Positions 26,443 to 37,000 of a stretch of 39,415 nucleotides of DNA are shown piece by piece. Numbering within the stretch: the first letter of the stretch is position 1; each line of letters starts with the position of its first letter. The notes beneath the pieces were generated by a model. It saw only the letters and a program-made list of their open reading frames with translations, made no database searches and was not told the origin of the DNA. A program made the translations under genes and the position numbers. The stretch comes from a virus (lineage: Duplodnaviria; Caudoviricetes), in IMG/VR virus record IMGVR_UViG_3300044987_001885, positions 1 through 39,415 of that record; one strand, 5' to 3'.

Positions 26443-27420
26443 ATGGCTTCAACGCTACTGACGGCATACAGCCCGATGAACCTTGCCGAGGTGCAGAAGC
26501 GCGCAGGATTCGATGATGCTTCGGCAGTCATCGGCGAGCTCTCCCGGCGAAACGACTTCCTCCAGGACTGTCCCTGGTATCCCGCTTCCCACGGGGCCTA
26601 CCACAAGCACCTCCAGGCCACCCGGCTCGGTGACGGCGCTTTCGGCAAGGCCAACGCCCCTGTAACCGTGATTTCCTCCCAGGCGGAAGAGATGACCGAA
26701 CCCGTGAAGCTCTACGAAGGCGACAGCCCGGTAGACGAAAGGCTTCTCGCGTCATCCACCAACGCCATGAAGGTCCGCGACTCCGAGGACGCCCTCAACC
26801 TTGAGGGACTCATCCAGGGATGGATCAACAAGCTGCTCTACAACAACGAGGCTGACGCCCCCGACGGCTTCAAGTCCCTCTCCCGGCGCAGGCCCAAGCT
26901 GGACACCTACTGCAAAGGCGGCGGTGGAACCGGAGCGGACCTGACCTCCATGTACCTCATCGAGTACGGACCCGCCGGATTCTATCTCGCGTATCCCGAA
27001 GGATCGGGAACCCCCGGCATCAAGAACGAGGACAGGGGACGTGTCTACGTCGCCGCCCCCACCGGGACCGGCAACTACTGGGCATGGGTCAGGCACTACG
27101 AGATATGGTCGGCCCTGGTTCTCCGCGACGAGCGTGCGCTCCTGCGCTACGCCAACATCGAGAGCGCCGGAAGCTCCAACATCTTCACACCAGCCACGTT
27201 CATCACGCTCAAGAACAAGCTGCCCTCCATGGGAACCAACGCGGTGGCCTACGCCAACCGCACCCTGAAGGCGCAGATCGAGGCGGACGCGTACAACAAG
27301 TCAAACGCGGCCTACTCAGTGAGCGACATCGAGGGGTTCGGCCCCATCACCCGTGTTTCCGGCGTACCGATCCGCGTCCTTGAGGGATTGCTGGACACCG
27401 AGACCGCCCTGACGGCGTAG
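26443..27420 (+). CDS. Major capsid protein (epsilon15 gp7 / BPP-1-like)
   Basis: L.EV.KR..VIGEL...NDFLQDCPW, VDERL, YN...PDGF.SL, GGTG.DLTSMYL, LRD.R...RYANI, GVPIR...LLDTE motif series. Confidence 0.88.
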   Translation: MASTLLTAYSPMNLAEVQKRAGFDDASAVIGELSRRNDFLQDCPWYPASHGAYHKHLQATRLGDGAFGKANAPVTVISSQAEEMTEPVKLYEGDSPVDERLLASSTNAMKVRDSEDALNLEGLIQGWINKLLYNNEADAPDGFKSLSRRRPKLDTYCKGGGGTGADLTSMYLIEYGPAGFYLAYPEGSGTPGIKNEDRGRVYVAAPTGTGNYWAWVRHYEIWSALVLRDERALLRYANIESAGSSNIFTPATFITLKNKLPSMGTNAVAYANRTLKAQIEADAYNKSNAAYSVSDIEGFGPITRVSGVPIRVLEGLLDTETALTA

Positions 27421-27434
27421 AAAAAGGAGGATTC

Positions 27435-27842
27435 ATGAGAGACGCAAAGCTTCAGTTCGCGGACATAACCTGCGCCACCAAGACCACGCAGGTCTATTCC
27501 GGTACCGCGCTGGATTTCGGGGCCCTCCAGACCGGATACACCAAGTCATCCAAGCACCGCACCGGCGTCACCGAGGGCATGCAGGTCGTGTTCTCCATCG
27601 ATGCCGACGCCAACGCCGCCGATACATTCAAGTGTATCGTGCAGGACAGCGCCGACGACACCACCTACACCGACCTGGTGGGTGGGCCCACCTTGGCGAC
27701 AGTCAAGGAAGGGATTATAGCGGTGTTCAATCTGCCGCCCGAGCACAAGCGATACCTGCGGACATCGGTCTACCCCGATTCCTCGGGCACGCTGACCTCC
27801 ACCGTCGTGAATTCCTGGATGGAACCCGGGATAATGGGCTAG
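27435..27842 (+). CDS. Capsid cement/decoration protein (Bbp16-like)
   Basis: M.D..LQF, S..ALDFG, VQDSAD..TY, LP...KRYLR pattern; AAGGAGG RBS; follows the capsid gene. Confidence 0.7.
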   Translation: MRDAKLQFADITCATKTTQVYSGTALDFGALQTGYTKSSKHRTGVTEGMQVVFSIDADANAADTFKCIVQDSADDTTYTDLVGGPTLATVKEGIIAVFNLPPEHKRYLRTSVYPDSSGTLTSTVVNSWMEPGIMG

Positions 27843-27848
27843 ACCTTG

Positions 27849-27884
27849 GGCCGGGAGGGGTAAAACCTTCCCGGCCTCCTTCCT
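27849..27884 (+). terminator. Hairpin after the capsid/cement genes (weak terminator or stabiliser)
   Basis: ggccgggaggg-gtaaaa-ccttcccggcc followed by a pyrimidine tract. Confidence 0.5.
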
Positions 27885-27899
27885 GAAGGACAGATCAGA

Positions 27900-28124
27900 A
27901 TGCGCTATATGTGCGAGGCTACCATGCACGATTCCACCGAGGGCCGCTTCTATCGGATCGGTGATGTCTACGAGCTTACCCTTGAGACCTTCCAGAGGCT
28001 CGGGGCCAAGCGTTTCAGGCTTCTTGAGAACCCCAAATCCGTACCCGAGCCCGTCAGGGCTGAGCCTGAAAAGGCCGCAAAACCCGAGATGATTGTGCCG
28101 GCAAGAGGGGCAAAGGCTAAATGA
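27900..28124 (+). CDS. Small hypothetical virion-module protein
   Basis: AAGGA RBS; ATGA overlap with the next gene. Confidence 0.6.
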   Translation: MRYMCEATMHDSTEGRFYRIGDVYELTLETFQRLGAKRFRLLENPKSVPEPVRAEPEKAAKPEMIVPARGAKAK

Positions 28125-28687
28125 GCGTTGACTATGCCTCATCCTGGACGGTGATCGCCAACCGGGCGCTGTCACGGCTCGGGCAAAGCTCGATAACCTC
28201 GCTCGACGACGGCAGCGGGACGGCGAAGTACTGCTCCCAGTTCATCCCCGAGGCGGTATTGTCCGTTCTCGGTCAGTACGACTGGAAGGCCCACCGGAAA
28301 AGGGTCGTCCTGGCCCCGTTGGCCGAGGCCCCGGCATTCGGATACGACTACGCATTCCAGCTTCCCCCCGATTTCGTGCGGGTAGTGTCGGTGGAGTGCG
28401 ACGAGGGCTACTCACTCGAGGGCCAGACGATACTGACCGACTCCGACGAGGTGAACCTGGTCTACATCGCCACCATAAGCGACCCGGTGAAGATTCCCGG
28501 CCACATACAACACTTGATCATCACCTACCTTGCCTTTCTTCTCAGCACCCCGCTGACCTCCAACGAGGCAATAGCCGGGCGCATCTCACAGGAATTCATG
28601 ATGGCGCTCGAACGGGCAAAGACCGACGACGAGCGGGCCAGCCAGACCGACGACAACGCCACCTGGTACGACGAGGAACGCGGATGA
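28121..28687 (+). CDS. Tail tubular protein A / adaptor
   Basis: IANRALSRLG..ITSLDD..W..KRV.L..YDYAFQLP.DF pattern. Confidence 0.8.
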   Translation: MSVDYASSWTVIANRALSRLGQSSITSLDDGSGTAKYCSQFIPEAVLSVLGQYDWKAHRKRVVLAPLAEAPAFGYDYAFQLPPDFVRVVSVECDEGYSLEGQTILTDSDEVNLVYIATISDPVKIPGHIQHLIITYLAFLLSTPLTSNEAIAGRISQEFMMALERAKTDDERASQTDDNATWYDEERG

Positions 28688-30441
28688 CTGTAACCACCCT
28701 CCAGAACAACTTCACCTCGGGCGAGATTTCCCCCATGATGGAGGGTGCGATAGGAACCCAGCGCTACCAGACGGGGCTTTCCACATGCGAGAACTTCCTG
28801 CCTCTCAGGCAGGGAGGGATCAGGCGCAGGCCGGGGACGCATTACGTGGGGGAGCCGAAGAACGTAGGAAAGCCCAGGCTCATCGACTTCCAGGCCCCGG
28901 ACGGCAGCTACTATATCGCCGAGTTCACCCAGGTGACCACATCGAAGATCATACGGTTCTGGAAGGCCGACTTCACCCTCCTGATGGACGGGCTGAACCC
29001 GCTGGAGCTGACCAGCCCCTATTCAGAGACCGACTTCCCGCTCATCAAGTACGCCACCGTGAAGGGAATCATCTACCTGGTGCATCCATCATACGCACCA
29101 CGGACCCTCACGTTCAACGCAGGGACGGGGCTTTTCACCATCGCCACCCCCACATTCACCGGGGACAGGACTTTCGCCTCCACAAACAACTACCCTTCGA
29201 TCATAACCTTCAAGGGTGGGCGGCTGTACCTTGGAGGCACGAACGCCGAACCAAACGCCATATTCGCCAGCATGACTCCTGTTGCTGCCACAGGGGCAGA
29301 CAGGTTCACCACCTTCACCTTCGGGGCCGACGCCGACGATGCCATATACCTCCAGGAATCAGACATGTACGGCACCCACTTGCACTGGCTTGTCACCCAG
29401 AAACGTGTCGTGGCAGGGACCGACCGTTCGATATGGATGGACTCTGGCGCTGCCGCTACCCCCTCCACGTTCGACATGAGCATCGTGTCCTTCACGGGAT
29501 CGAGCAATGTCCAGGCTAAAATCAGTGAGAACATAATCGTCTACTCGGGGAGGAGCGAACATTCGCTGCACGCGATGATCTTCTCCGAGGAGTCGGGCGG
29601 ATACGTGGACATTGATCTTACCCGTGACGCGGACCACATCCTTGCCGGCGGGATAGACGACTTCTCGGTGATGTCCTTCCCCGAACCCATAGTCTGGGTA
29701 GTGAGGTCCGACGGGGTTCTGTGTTCCTGCACCATAGACCAGAAGAACGGCATAGTCGCATGGGCACGGCATCCGATGGGCGAGGGGGCCGTGGTCGAGT
29801 CCCTCACCACCGGAGTCTGCACCGCTGCCGATGATGTATGGCTATGCGTGAAGCGGGGGGCCAAACGTACCATCGAGTGCCTCAGGTTCTGCGACCTGTA
29901 CACGGGGGCAATCGAGGACGCCTTCTTCGTGGACTGCGCCATCCAGGTCGTGAATTCCCCGGCTGACGAGACAGTTTCCACGCTCTACCACCTCATAGGG
30001 TACGAGGTTGACGCCCTGGGGGACGGGGCTGTGCTCCCCCGCAAGACGGTTCCAGCCGGTGCGGAGATCACCTACGACAGGGAGGTGGCAAAGTGCGTGA
30101 TCGGGATACCGTACACCTCGACAATGGCAACCATGCGGCCCGAGCTTCCATCAAACGGCACGAGCCAGGGCAAGCTCAGGAGACTGGAGAAGATCATCAT
30201 CCGCTTCTACATGAGCCTTGGGGGCAAGGTGGGCGGTAGTCTGACAGAGCTTTCCGAGATACTCGACTCCACATGGGGCCTCTCTGTGTACGGATCTGCC
30301 AAGCCCCCGGTTTCAGGTGACAAGACCCTCGATCTTGCAGGGGGCAACACGACAGACGGCAGGGTGTACCTGGTGCAGGACTCCCCCGTTCCATTCAACG
30401 TCCTGGCCGTGATGACGCGGTATTCGGTCATGGAGGTATAG
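28684..30441 (+). CDS. Tail tubular protein B / nozzle
   Basis: QNNFTSGEISP, ENF....GGIRRRPGT, L.SPY, VHP.YAP, YPS..TF..GRL, W.VRSDG, AW.RH, F.D. Confidence 0.85.
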   Translation: MTVTTLQNNFTSGEISPMMEGAIGTQRYQTGLSTCENFLPLRQGGIRRRPGTHYVGEPKNVGKPRLIDFQAPDGSYYIAEFTQVTTSKIIRFWKADFTLLMDGLNPLELTSPYSETDFPLIKYATVKGIIYLVHPSYAPRTLTFNAGTGLFTIATPTFTGDRTFASTNNYPSIITFKGGRLYLGGTNAEPNAIFASMTPVAATGADRFTTFTFGADADDAIYLQESDMYGTHLHWLVTQKRVVAGTDRSIWMDSGAAATPSTFDMSIVSFTGSSNVQAKISENIIVYSGRSEHSLHAMIFSEESGGYVDIDLTRDADHILAGGIDDFSVMSFPEPIVWVVRSDGVLCSCTIDQKNGIVAWARHPMGEGAVVESLTTGVCTAADDVWLCVKRGAKRTIECLRFCDLYTGAIEDAFFVDCAIQVVNSPADETVSTLYHLIGYEVDALGDGAVLPRKTVPAGAEITYDREVAKCVIGIPYTSTMATMRPELPSNGTSQGKLRRLEKIIIRFYMSLGGKVGGSLTELSEILDSTWGLSVYGSAKPPVSGDKTLDLAGGNTTDGRVYLVQDSPVPFNVLAVMTRYSVMEV

Positions 30442-30442
30442 A

Positions 30443-31810
30443 ATGGACCCCTGGAGCATTGCCGCGATAGGCGGTTTCATAGCGAGCGGACTGAACACCC
30501 TTTTCAACTACGACTCCGGGACGAAGGCCATCAAGCTAGCCAAGGAAGGCCAGAAGATAGACCGGGCCCAGCTTGCCATAGATGTCAATGAATTCCTTAT
30601 CGGGATGCAGCAGGCCGAGCTTGACCTGGGCGGGACGCTTGACTCAGCGAAGGGAAGCCTGCTGGACCTCAAGGAGCGCCAGGGCTCACTCAAGATAACC
30701 GCCCTCGACTACTCAAGCAAGATAGCCAGCTACGACGAGTTCCTTGCTAGATACCCGGCATACTCAGAGCTTATGGTGTCCGAGATGGATGCCCAGGGCA
30801 AGGCTGAATTCCGCTCGCTGCGCGAGAATTTCGGGGTGTCGAACGTGGCAGCCGCTGAACGTGGCCAGTCCGGAGGCTCTGCCCAGGCCATGTCCTCCCG
30901 TGCCATGCAGGACCTTGCCGACTACGCGGGGGACGACCTTTCACTTGGAGAGATGACTACCGGGAACGTGGGCATGTTCCAGATGAAAAAGAGCGAGCTT
31001 GTCCTTGACCTTGACGCACAGTACCGCGAGGCCGAAACCCAGAGGGGCATATTCTCCACCGGGCTTGACCAGATCAACACCTCAATCGGCGACTTCGACA
31101 CCGCGATAACAGACTCCGAGGGACACATAACCGACATCGAGAACGCGATAGCAGGATGGGACGCCAACTACGACGCGATTGAGGCATACTTCGCCGACCT
31201 GCTGAAGGAGCCGGAGACACCTCCACCTGTGATTGCACCCGTGACAGATACGCCCGTAATCTCAGGGACTACGGATACAGGATCATCAGGGACCACATCG
31301 ACACCTGCTGTCGAGGATATACCAGTATCTCCGACACCTGCAGACACATCCATATCAGCTCCGGGGGCCACTGACGGGCTATCCGACCCTGCCAAGGAAA
31401 TGTTCGGAGTGGAGAATGGAATCGAGCTTCCAAATATCTACATACCAGATATAACCGCCCCCGTGATAACCGACATACCAACCTACGGAGAGGACAATCT
31501 TGCCGCAACTCCCAACCTGACCGAACTGGGAAACGAGGCGGTCCTGCCATCAGACCCATCCGCCAGCGACAGCGCACGGGCCGCAGGTACAGCCACCAAC
31601 GCTAAGAAGAAGAAGGAAAGCACCAGCACCACTTCTGCGAGTGACAAGGCACGGGCCGCAGGTACAGCCACCAACGCTAAGAAGAAGAAGAAGAAGAAAA
31701 GCACCAGCACCACTTCTGCGAGTGACAAGGCACGTGCGTATGGAACGAAAGCCAAGGCGGACGCCGCAGATAAAGCCAAGGCCATAGCTAACAAGGCAGG
31801 CATATATTGA
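30443..31810 (+). CDS. Internal virion (ejection) protein with acidic linker and Lys-rich repeat tail
   Basis: Hydrophobic Gly/Ala N-terminus, coiled coil, AAERGQSGGS; position after the nozzle. Confidence 0.6.
   Translation: MDPWSIAAIGGFIASGLNTLFNYDSGTKAIKLAKEGQKIDRAQLAIDVNEFLIGMQQAELDLGGTLDSAKGSLLDLKERQGSLKITALDYSSKIASYDEFLARYPAYSELMVSEMDAQGKAEFRSLRENFGVSNVAAAERGQSGGSAQAMSSRAMQDLADYAGDDLSLGEMTTGNVGMFQMKKSELVLDLDAQYREAETQRGIFSTGLDQINTSIGDFDTAITDSEGHITDIENAIAGWDANYDAIEAYFADLLKEPETPPPVIAPVTDTPVISGTTDTGSSGTTSTPAVEDIPVSPTPADTSISAPGATDGLSDPAKEMFGVENGIELPNIYIPDITAPVITDIPTYGEDNLAATPNLTELGNEAVLPSDPSASDSARAAGTATNAKKKKESTSTTSASDKARAAGTATNAKKKKKKKSTSTTSASDKARAYGTKAKADAADKAKAIANKAGIY
31574..31734 (+). 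repeat. Intragenic tandem repeat (75 and 81 bp units) with variable AAG tract
   Basis: gcacgggccgcaggtacagccaccaacgct(aag)n..agcaccagcaccacttctgcgagtgacaag twice, n=4 and 6. Confidence 0.9.
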
Positions 31811-34032
31811 AAGTCCCCGAGCTGTCATACGCGCCACTCCAGGAAGCGAATTCCGCCACCTACGCCGGGAAGAAAAGCTCCCTAGTAGCATCATCCCTCG
31901 GACGTATCGACGAGGGCATAGCCCTGAATTCCACGCGGATGGGTCTGGGGGCCTCCAGCCTTAAACTGGCAGAGCGCAGGCTTGACCTGAACGACAAGGC
32001 CATAAGGAACCGCCAGACCGATTCAGTCGCGCGTCTTGCCCTCAACCTCGGAGACCTTGCCCTTAAGGCCATCCCAGAGATAGCCAACATCGTGAAGCAG
32101 AGCCAGCTTGAGACGGCCAAGTCGGGGTTGCTGGACATCCAGGCCAAGTACAACGTGCTCCAGGAAACCAGCATCCTGAACGGCAAATCCTCCTTCGTGC
32201 AGGGTGCGGACGGGCAGCTTGAGTTCCAGGAGGACCTCGCCCTTGAGCAGTGGAGGAGCCAGAGACTCGCCGAGATAGACGGGACAAACGCTTTCAAGGA
32301 CGTGAAGGCGTGGACCACTGCCCAGGCCAAGGGCATGTTCATGGCCGGGCAGGACAGAGCCCTGACCGTTGCAGTGAACAACGCCCGCACCGTAGCAAAC
32401 GAGAGCTTCCAGACCAATATGGACTCGGCACGCACCGCCGACCTTGCGGGTGAAGGGTACGACACCGGACTGAGCCTCATAGAGTCCAACACCATGATTG
32501 GACCTGCCCAGAAAGAGTACATGAAAAAGGCGTACACGAAGGAGCTTGACTACCAGCGGGCATCATCCGCGATAACAGGCGTGGCAGAGAGCGACGGGGC
32601 CGAGCTTGCCCGCACCCTCATGAACGGAAAGTACAAGGGACAGCTGAGTCCCGAGCAGATCGACACCCTGGAAAACGAGATCATCAAGGCAGACAGGTCC
32701 GGTGACGTGGTCGTGTCGGAATCGGCATACTCGGCCATGTACAACGGCATGAAGGAAGGAAAGAGCCCCGACCAGCTCAAGGCTGATATAGCAAAGACTC
32801 TTTCCACCCAGCCTGACAACCGGAAAGCCCTTGCGTATGAATCTATCATCAAGGCGCAGACCCTCCGGGCCAGCGAGATCGGAGAGTCCAACTGGAAGAA
32901 GGACCGCGAGAACGCCACCATTATGGGCATGAGAGCAGCACGCGACCGGGTAGCCAGCGATCCATCGTACAGGGGCGTTGAGGACGTCCAGAACATCTTC
33001 CTGAACCGCTACGACTCCGACATAGCCGCGATGGAGAGGGCAGAGGCTTCTTCCCTGAAGAGCGCCGATGCCGTAAACGGAGAGCGGATCAACGCCGAAG
33101 CCACCTATACCATGTTCAAGAACGGGACCATATCCGGCACCGAGGCCATCACGCGGATGATGTCCTACAGCCAGACAGCGGATGATGTGACCATGGGAAC
33201 GATCAACGGGCTGATGGACAAGGTGAGGACCAACATCGTGCCCGAGAAGCACCAGAAGGCAGCAGGTGAGTTCTGGGACCGCGTGAAGGTCGGGATAGTC
33301 GGAGACAGGAAGCCATCCGACTTCACCGACCAGCAATGGAGCGAGCTGAGCAGCGCGAAAGCGTGGGTTGACGGGGCGATCCTTGACCTTTACTGGGAGA
33401 CCAGCGCCAACGACATGACCACCGAGAAGTTCTCAAAAGAGCTGGACAACATCAACATGATCTACACGTCAAAGGAATTGAAGGCCATCCAGTCGGGAAG
33501 CATCAACGTGGGTCCTGGCAACACGGGGGCCCTGAAGGACGCCCTTTCAAAGCAGGCGATCTTCGACACCGTTGACCCCGTTTACGTTGACCATGACGGT
33601 TCGGTGAACTGGGCCAAGCCTGAATACAAGGCCACCTACGACCAGATGAACATGGTATTCAGGGCTGACCTGGAGTCCAAGGGAATAACCATCAAGAGCC
33701 AGACCATGCAGACCGAGGGACTGAACGACGTTGTACCCAGGCAGATATTCCTGGACGACAAAGGGAACGAGTACTTCTACGACGGGAAGGGCCTGAACAG
33801 GAAGGCGAAGGGCCAGGACCAATTTCTTCCTGTTGACGCCAAGGTTGCCGCCGAGATTGCCGGCCAGTCGGTGAAGCCGCTTGAGAACAAGGTTAAACCG
33901 CCCGAACAGGTCAAACAGGAAGAGGCAGCCAAGAAACTTGCAGACGAACAGTCAACGTGGGCAGACGAACAGACCCTACGCGATGCCAAAACATCAGGGA
34001 TCAGGCTTGTGAAGCCGAAGGCCACCAAATGA
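31807..34032 (+). CDS. Internal virion (ejection) protein, helical
   Basis: 741-aa helical ORF between two ejection-type genes, overlapping both. Confidence 0.65.
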   Translation: MKVPELSYAPLQEANSATYAGKKSSLVASSLGRIDEGIALNSTRMGLGASSLKLAERRLDLNDKAIRNRQTDSVARLALNLGDLALKAIPEIANIVKQSQLETAKSGLLDIQAKYNVLQETSILNGKSSFVQGADGQLEFQEDLALEQWRSQRLAEIDGTNAFKDVKAWTTAQAKGMFMAGQDRALTVAVNNARTVANESFQTNMDSARTADLAGEGYDTGLSLIESNTMIGPAQKEYMKKAYTKELDYQRASSAITGVAESDGAELARTLMNGKYKGQLSPEQIDTLENEIIKADRSGDVVVSESAYSAMYNGMKEGKSPDQLKADIAKTLSTQPDNRKALAYESIIKAQTLRASEIGESNWKKDRENATIMGMRAARDRVASDPSYRGVEDVQNIFLNRYDSDIAAMERAEASSLKSADAVNGERINAEATYTMFKNGTISGTEAITRMMSYSQTADDVTMGTINGLMDKVRTNIVPEKHQKAAGEFWDRVKVGIVGDRKPSDFTDQQWSELSSAKAWVDGAILDLYWETSANDMTTEKFSKELDNINMIYTSKELKAIQSGSINVGPGNTGALKDALSKQAIFDTVDPVYVDHDGSVNWAKPEYKATYDQMNMVFRADLESKGITIKSQTMQTEGLNDVVPRQIFLDDKGNEYFYDGKGLNRKAKGQDQFLPVDAKVAAEIAGQSVKPLENKVKPPEQVKQEEAAKKLADEQSTWADEQTLRDAKTSGIRLVKPKATK

Positions 34033-37000
34033 GCGACATCTACCAGCGGATCATGGGTGAGGTTGACTACGACAACGCCAAGAAGTCCATGGAGCTGAAA
34101 CAGGCTGGAAAATCCTACACCCCGGACGTGTACGGCAAGGTTCAGGCCGATATTGACCAGGACAACACCACCAGAGCCGAGAACGTGGACAGGTGGAAGT
34201 ACACCGTCCCCGTGACCGACCTGGAATACAAGGTTCTCAACCAGGCTTTCGAGAATTCCAGCGACCCCGAGGCCGACCGATACCGCTACGCCGCCGCCAT
34301 GACCTTCGCCAAGGAGTACAACGCTCCATTGGATTGGGCGATCCAGAACCTTGACGCCCTCTCAGAGTACCAGCGGGGCGAGAAGTTCACGCCCAACCGC
34401 TCATGGCTGACCGCCACCATCGACAGCTTCGAGGTCGGGGCCATGGACGTGGAGATAGCCAAGCTCTCCCAGCAGTACAAGATCGACCACCTCGCCGGGA
34501 AGGACACGAAGGCACTCGACACCCAGATAGCCGCCCTTGAGGCCCTCCAGGAATCGCTTGAGGATAAGCAACCTCGTTGGGTGACCACCAAGGCCGCGAA
34601 GTTCGGCGCGAAGCTCCTGCCCTACACGGCATCCATCGCATTGCCAGCCGCCGCCGCAGGTGCAGCCGCCGCAGGTGCCGCTGTCATGATGGGAGCGGGA
34701 GCCGCCACCACGATAGGCTCGGGCGGGCTGCTCCTTCCTGTGGGTGCCGCCATGTCGGTTGCCGCGATATCAGCCGCAGCCGGAAAGGCCGTGTCCTTCG
34801 CAGAGGGCCTGAAGCTGATGGAGGGGGTAGAGTACCGGCGCATGATCAAGAACGGCATCCGCCCCGACATAGCCGCGCCTCTTTCGTCCATTTCCGGTAT
34901 GGTCCAGTCCGCCGCCGAGACCTTTTTGGGCACGATTCCCGGTGCTCTGGGCAAGGTTGCCGGCCTGAACGTCGGCACGCTCTCAACCAACCTGATGGGT
35001 AAGCTCGTGGTTTCCGGAAAGCTCGGAGCCATGGGGAAAGCCCTCATGTCCTACGGACTGGAGGCGGGGGAGGAAGGGCTTGAGGAGACCTTGCAGGAAG
35101 TGACCTCCTTCCTTGCTGACGAGGCCGCCGCATCCGTTCAGGGAGTGGCCAGCCCAGAAGATTCGAAACGCATCTTCACCAGGGCTTTCGAGGCCGCGAA
35201 GGGCGGGTTCCTGGGGGGATTGGTACTCGGGCTTCCCGGTGCCGCGATGGACACAGCCGGAACTTCCAAGGAAGTGAAGTCCCTCAAGAACATGGCTTCC
35301 TCACTCGACGAGGCAGATTTTGTCTACATGGCCAAGCGGGGGATAGCCGACGGCAGCATAACCGTGTTCGGTGACGCTTCCAACGGAGAACTGGGCACGT
35401 TCTGGAGGGCGAACAAAGACCGCGTGAAGGCCCAGGCCAAGGAAGCCGCTCCCATCGACATCAAGGAAACCCTGGAGACAGCCGACATAACCGAGGACGA
35501 CGAGGAACCCGCAGGCCCCGTCAAACGGTTGAAGGACGGCAAGCTCTACACCTCCGTATCCACCAAGAAGGAGACGAATTCCGACGGGTCCATGACAGGC
35601 TACTTCCTGACCGGAGACCCCGAGACCGCGAAAAGGCACGGATACATCCAGTACACCACCGACACCGATGGAAGGATACGTATCGACGCGGTGAAGATGA
35701 AGGACGGATACCAGACCATCCGCAAGGAACTGCTGACCGACTTCATAGCCAAAAACAAGGGAGCGGAGATTTCATGGGACCCCACCGACAAGGGGCTTAT
35801 TTCCCTTCGTGACGAGCTTGTTGCCGGGAACCCCCGTGGGGCGGACAAGGGACTGTCATGGTTCGGAGAGGACGACGACCCCGTACAGGGCATGAGGATG
35901 AAGGCCCTTGAGGAGAAGATAGCCAAGCGCCTCCCCAACATAACCCCGGACCAGAGGGTAGGGGCCATGCACATTGTGTCCGGTGCAGCCAACTATCTTG
36001 GAATCACCCCCGACGAGTTCATCAAGCGTGCCTACACGGACGAGGTGTTCGGGGACGACCCCAACGTGACCGTGGCCCAGGGCAAGAAGGGCGGGGTATC
36101 CTGGAAGGACATCGGTGGGATGTCCAAGGCTATCATCTACACGACCGAGAATTCCGACTTCTCGACTTGGGCGCACGAGAACGCCCACGTAATGCGACGG
36201 CTTTTGAAGGACGAGGACCGCAAGCTTGTCGAGGAGACCTACGGGGTCGAGGGCAAGTGGACCGTGGAGTCCGAGGAACGCTTCGCCACCGACGCGGAAA
36301 AGTACCTCATGAGCGGCGAGGCCCCATCCCCCAGCCTCAAGAACCTGTTCGAGAAAATCGCCAAGTGGATGCACGACATCTACAAGGGCATGACCGGGAA
36401 AGTGGACATAGACCCCCGCATCAAGTCTGTCATGGAAAAGCTGTATGCGGATAAGGCTTCCCCCCTCTCAAAACAGGCCACGGCAAGCGTGGATGGGCAA
36501 GGGCAAACGCAGGACGGAAAAACGTGGAATGATGCCGACCTTCCTAACGATGTGGCTGCAATCAATCCTGCGAGTTTCGTAGATGAAAGACAGAAAAGCA
36601 TCGAGGAGCTCAAGAAAACCATATATGATTTGGCGGTCAAGAAAAACCGTGCAGATCATGTATTCAAGAAATGGATAGCTACCCATTGGACAGAAGAAGA
36701 TAATCTGCGCGGCAACAGCAAGACCAGAAAAGGAAAGCAGGTTGTAACAAGAGAGGAGATCGACAAAAGAAAAGAAGAATACGAGCAAGAGGATGATATT
36801 CTTGAGAAGAAAGGAATCGCTCTGACCGGAGAGCTCATGAAGCTTGAGGACATGGCCGTCAAAGGCGCGGACACGTTGTTCCAGTACGTCGGCGAGAAGG
36901 CAATGCTTGACGACATCGAGCGCCAGAACCTTTCGATAGCACGCGAGATGGACGCGGCAGGGAAAGACGCGGAGACGATCCGGCTTGCGACTGGATGGTT

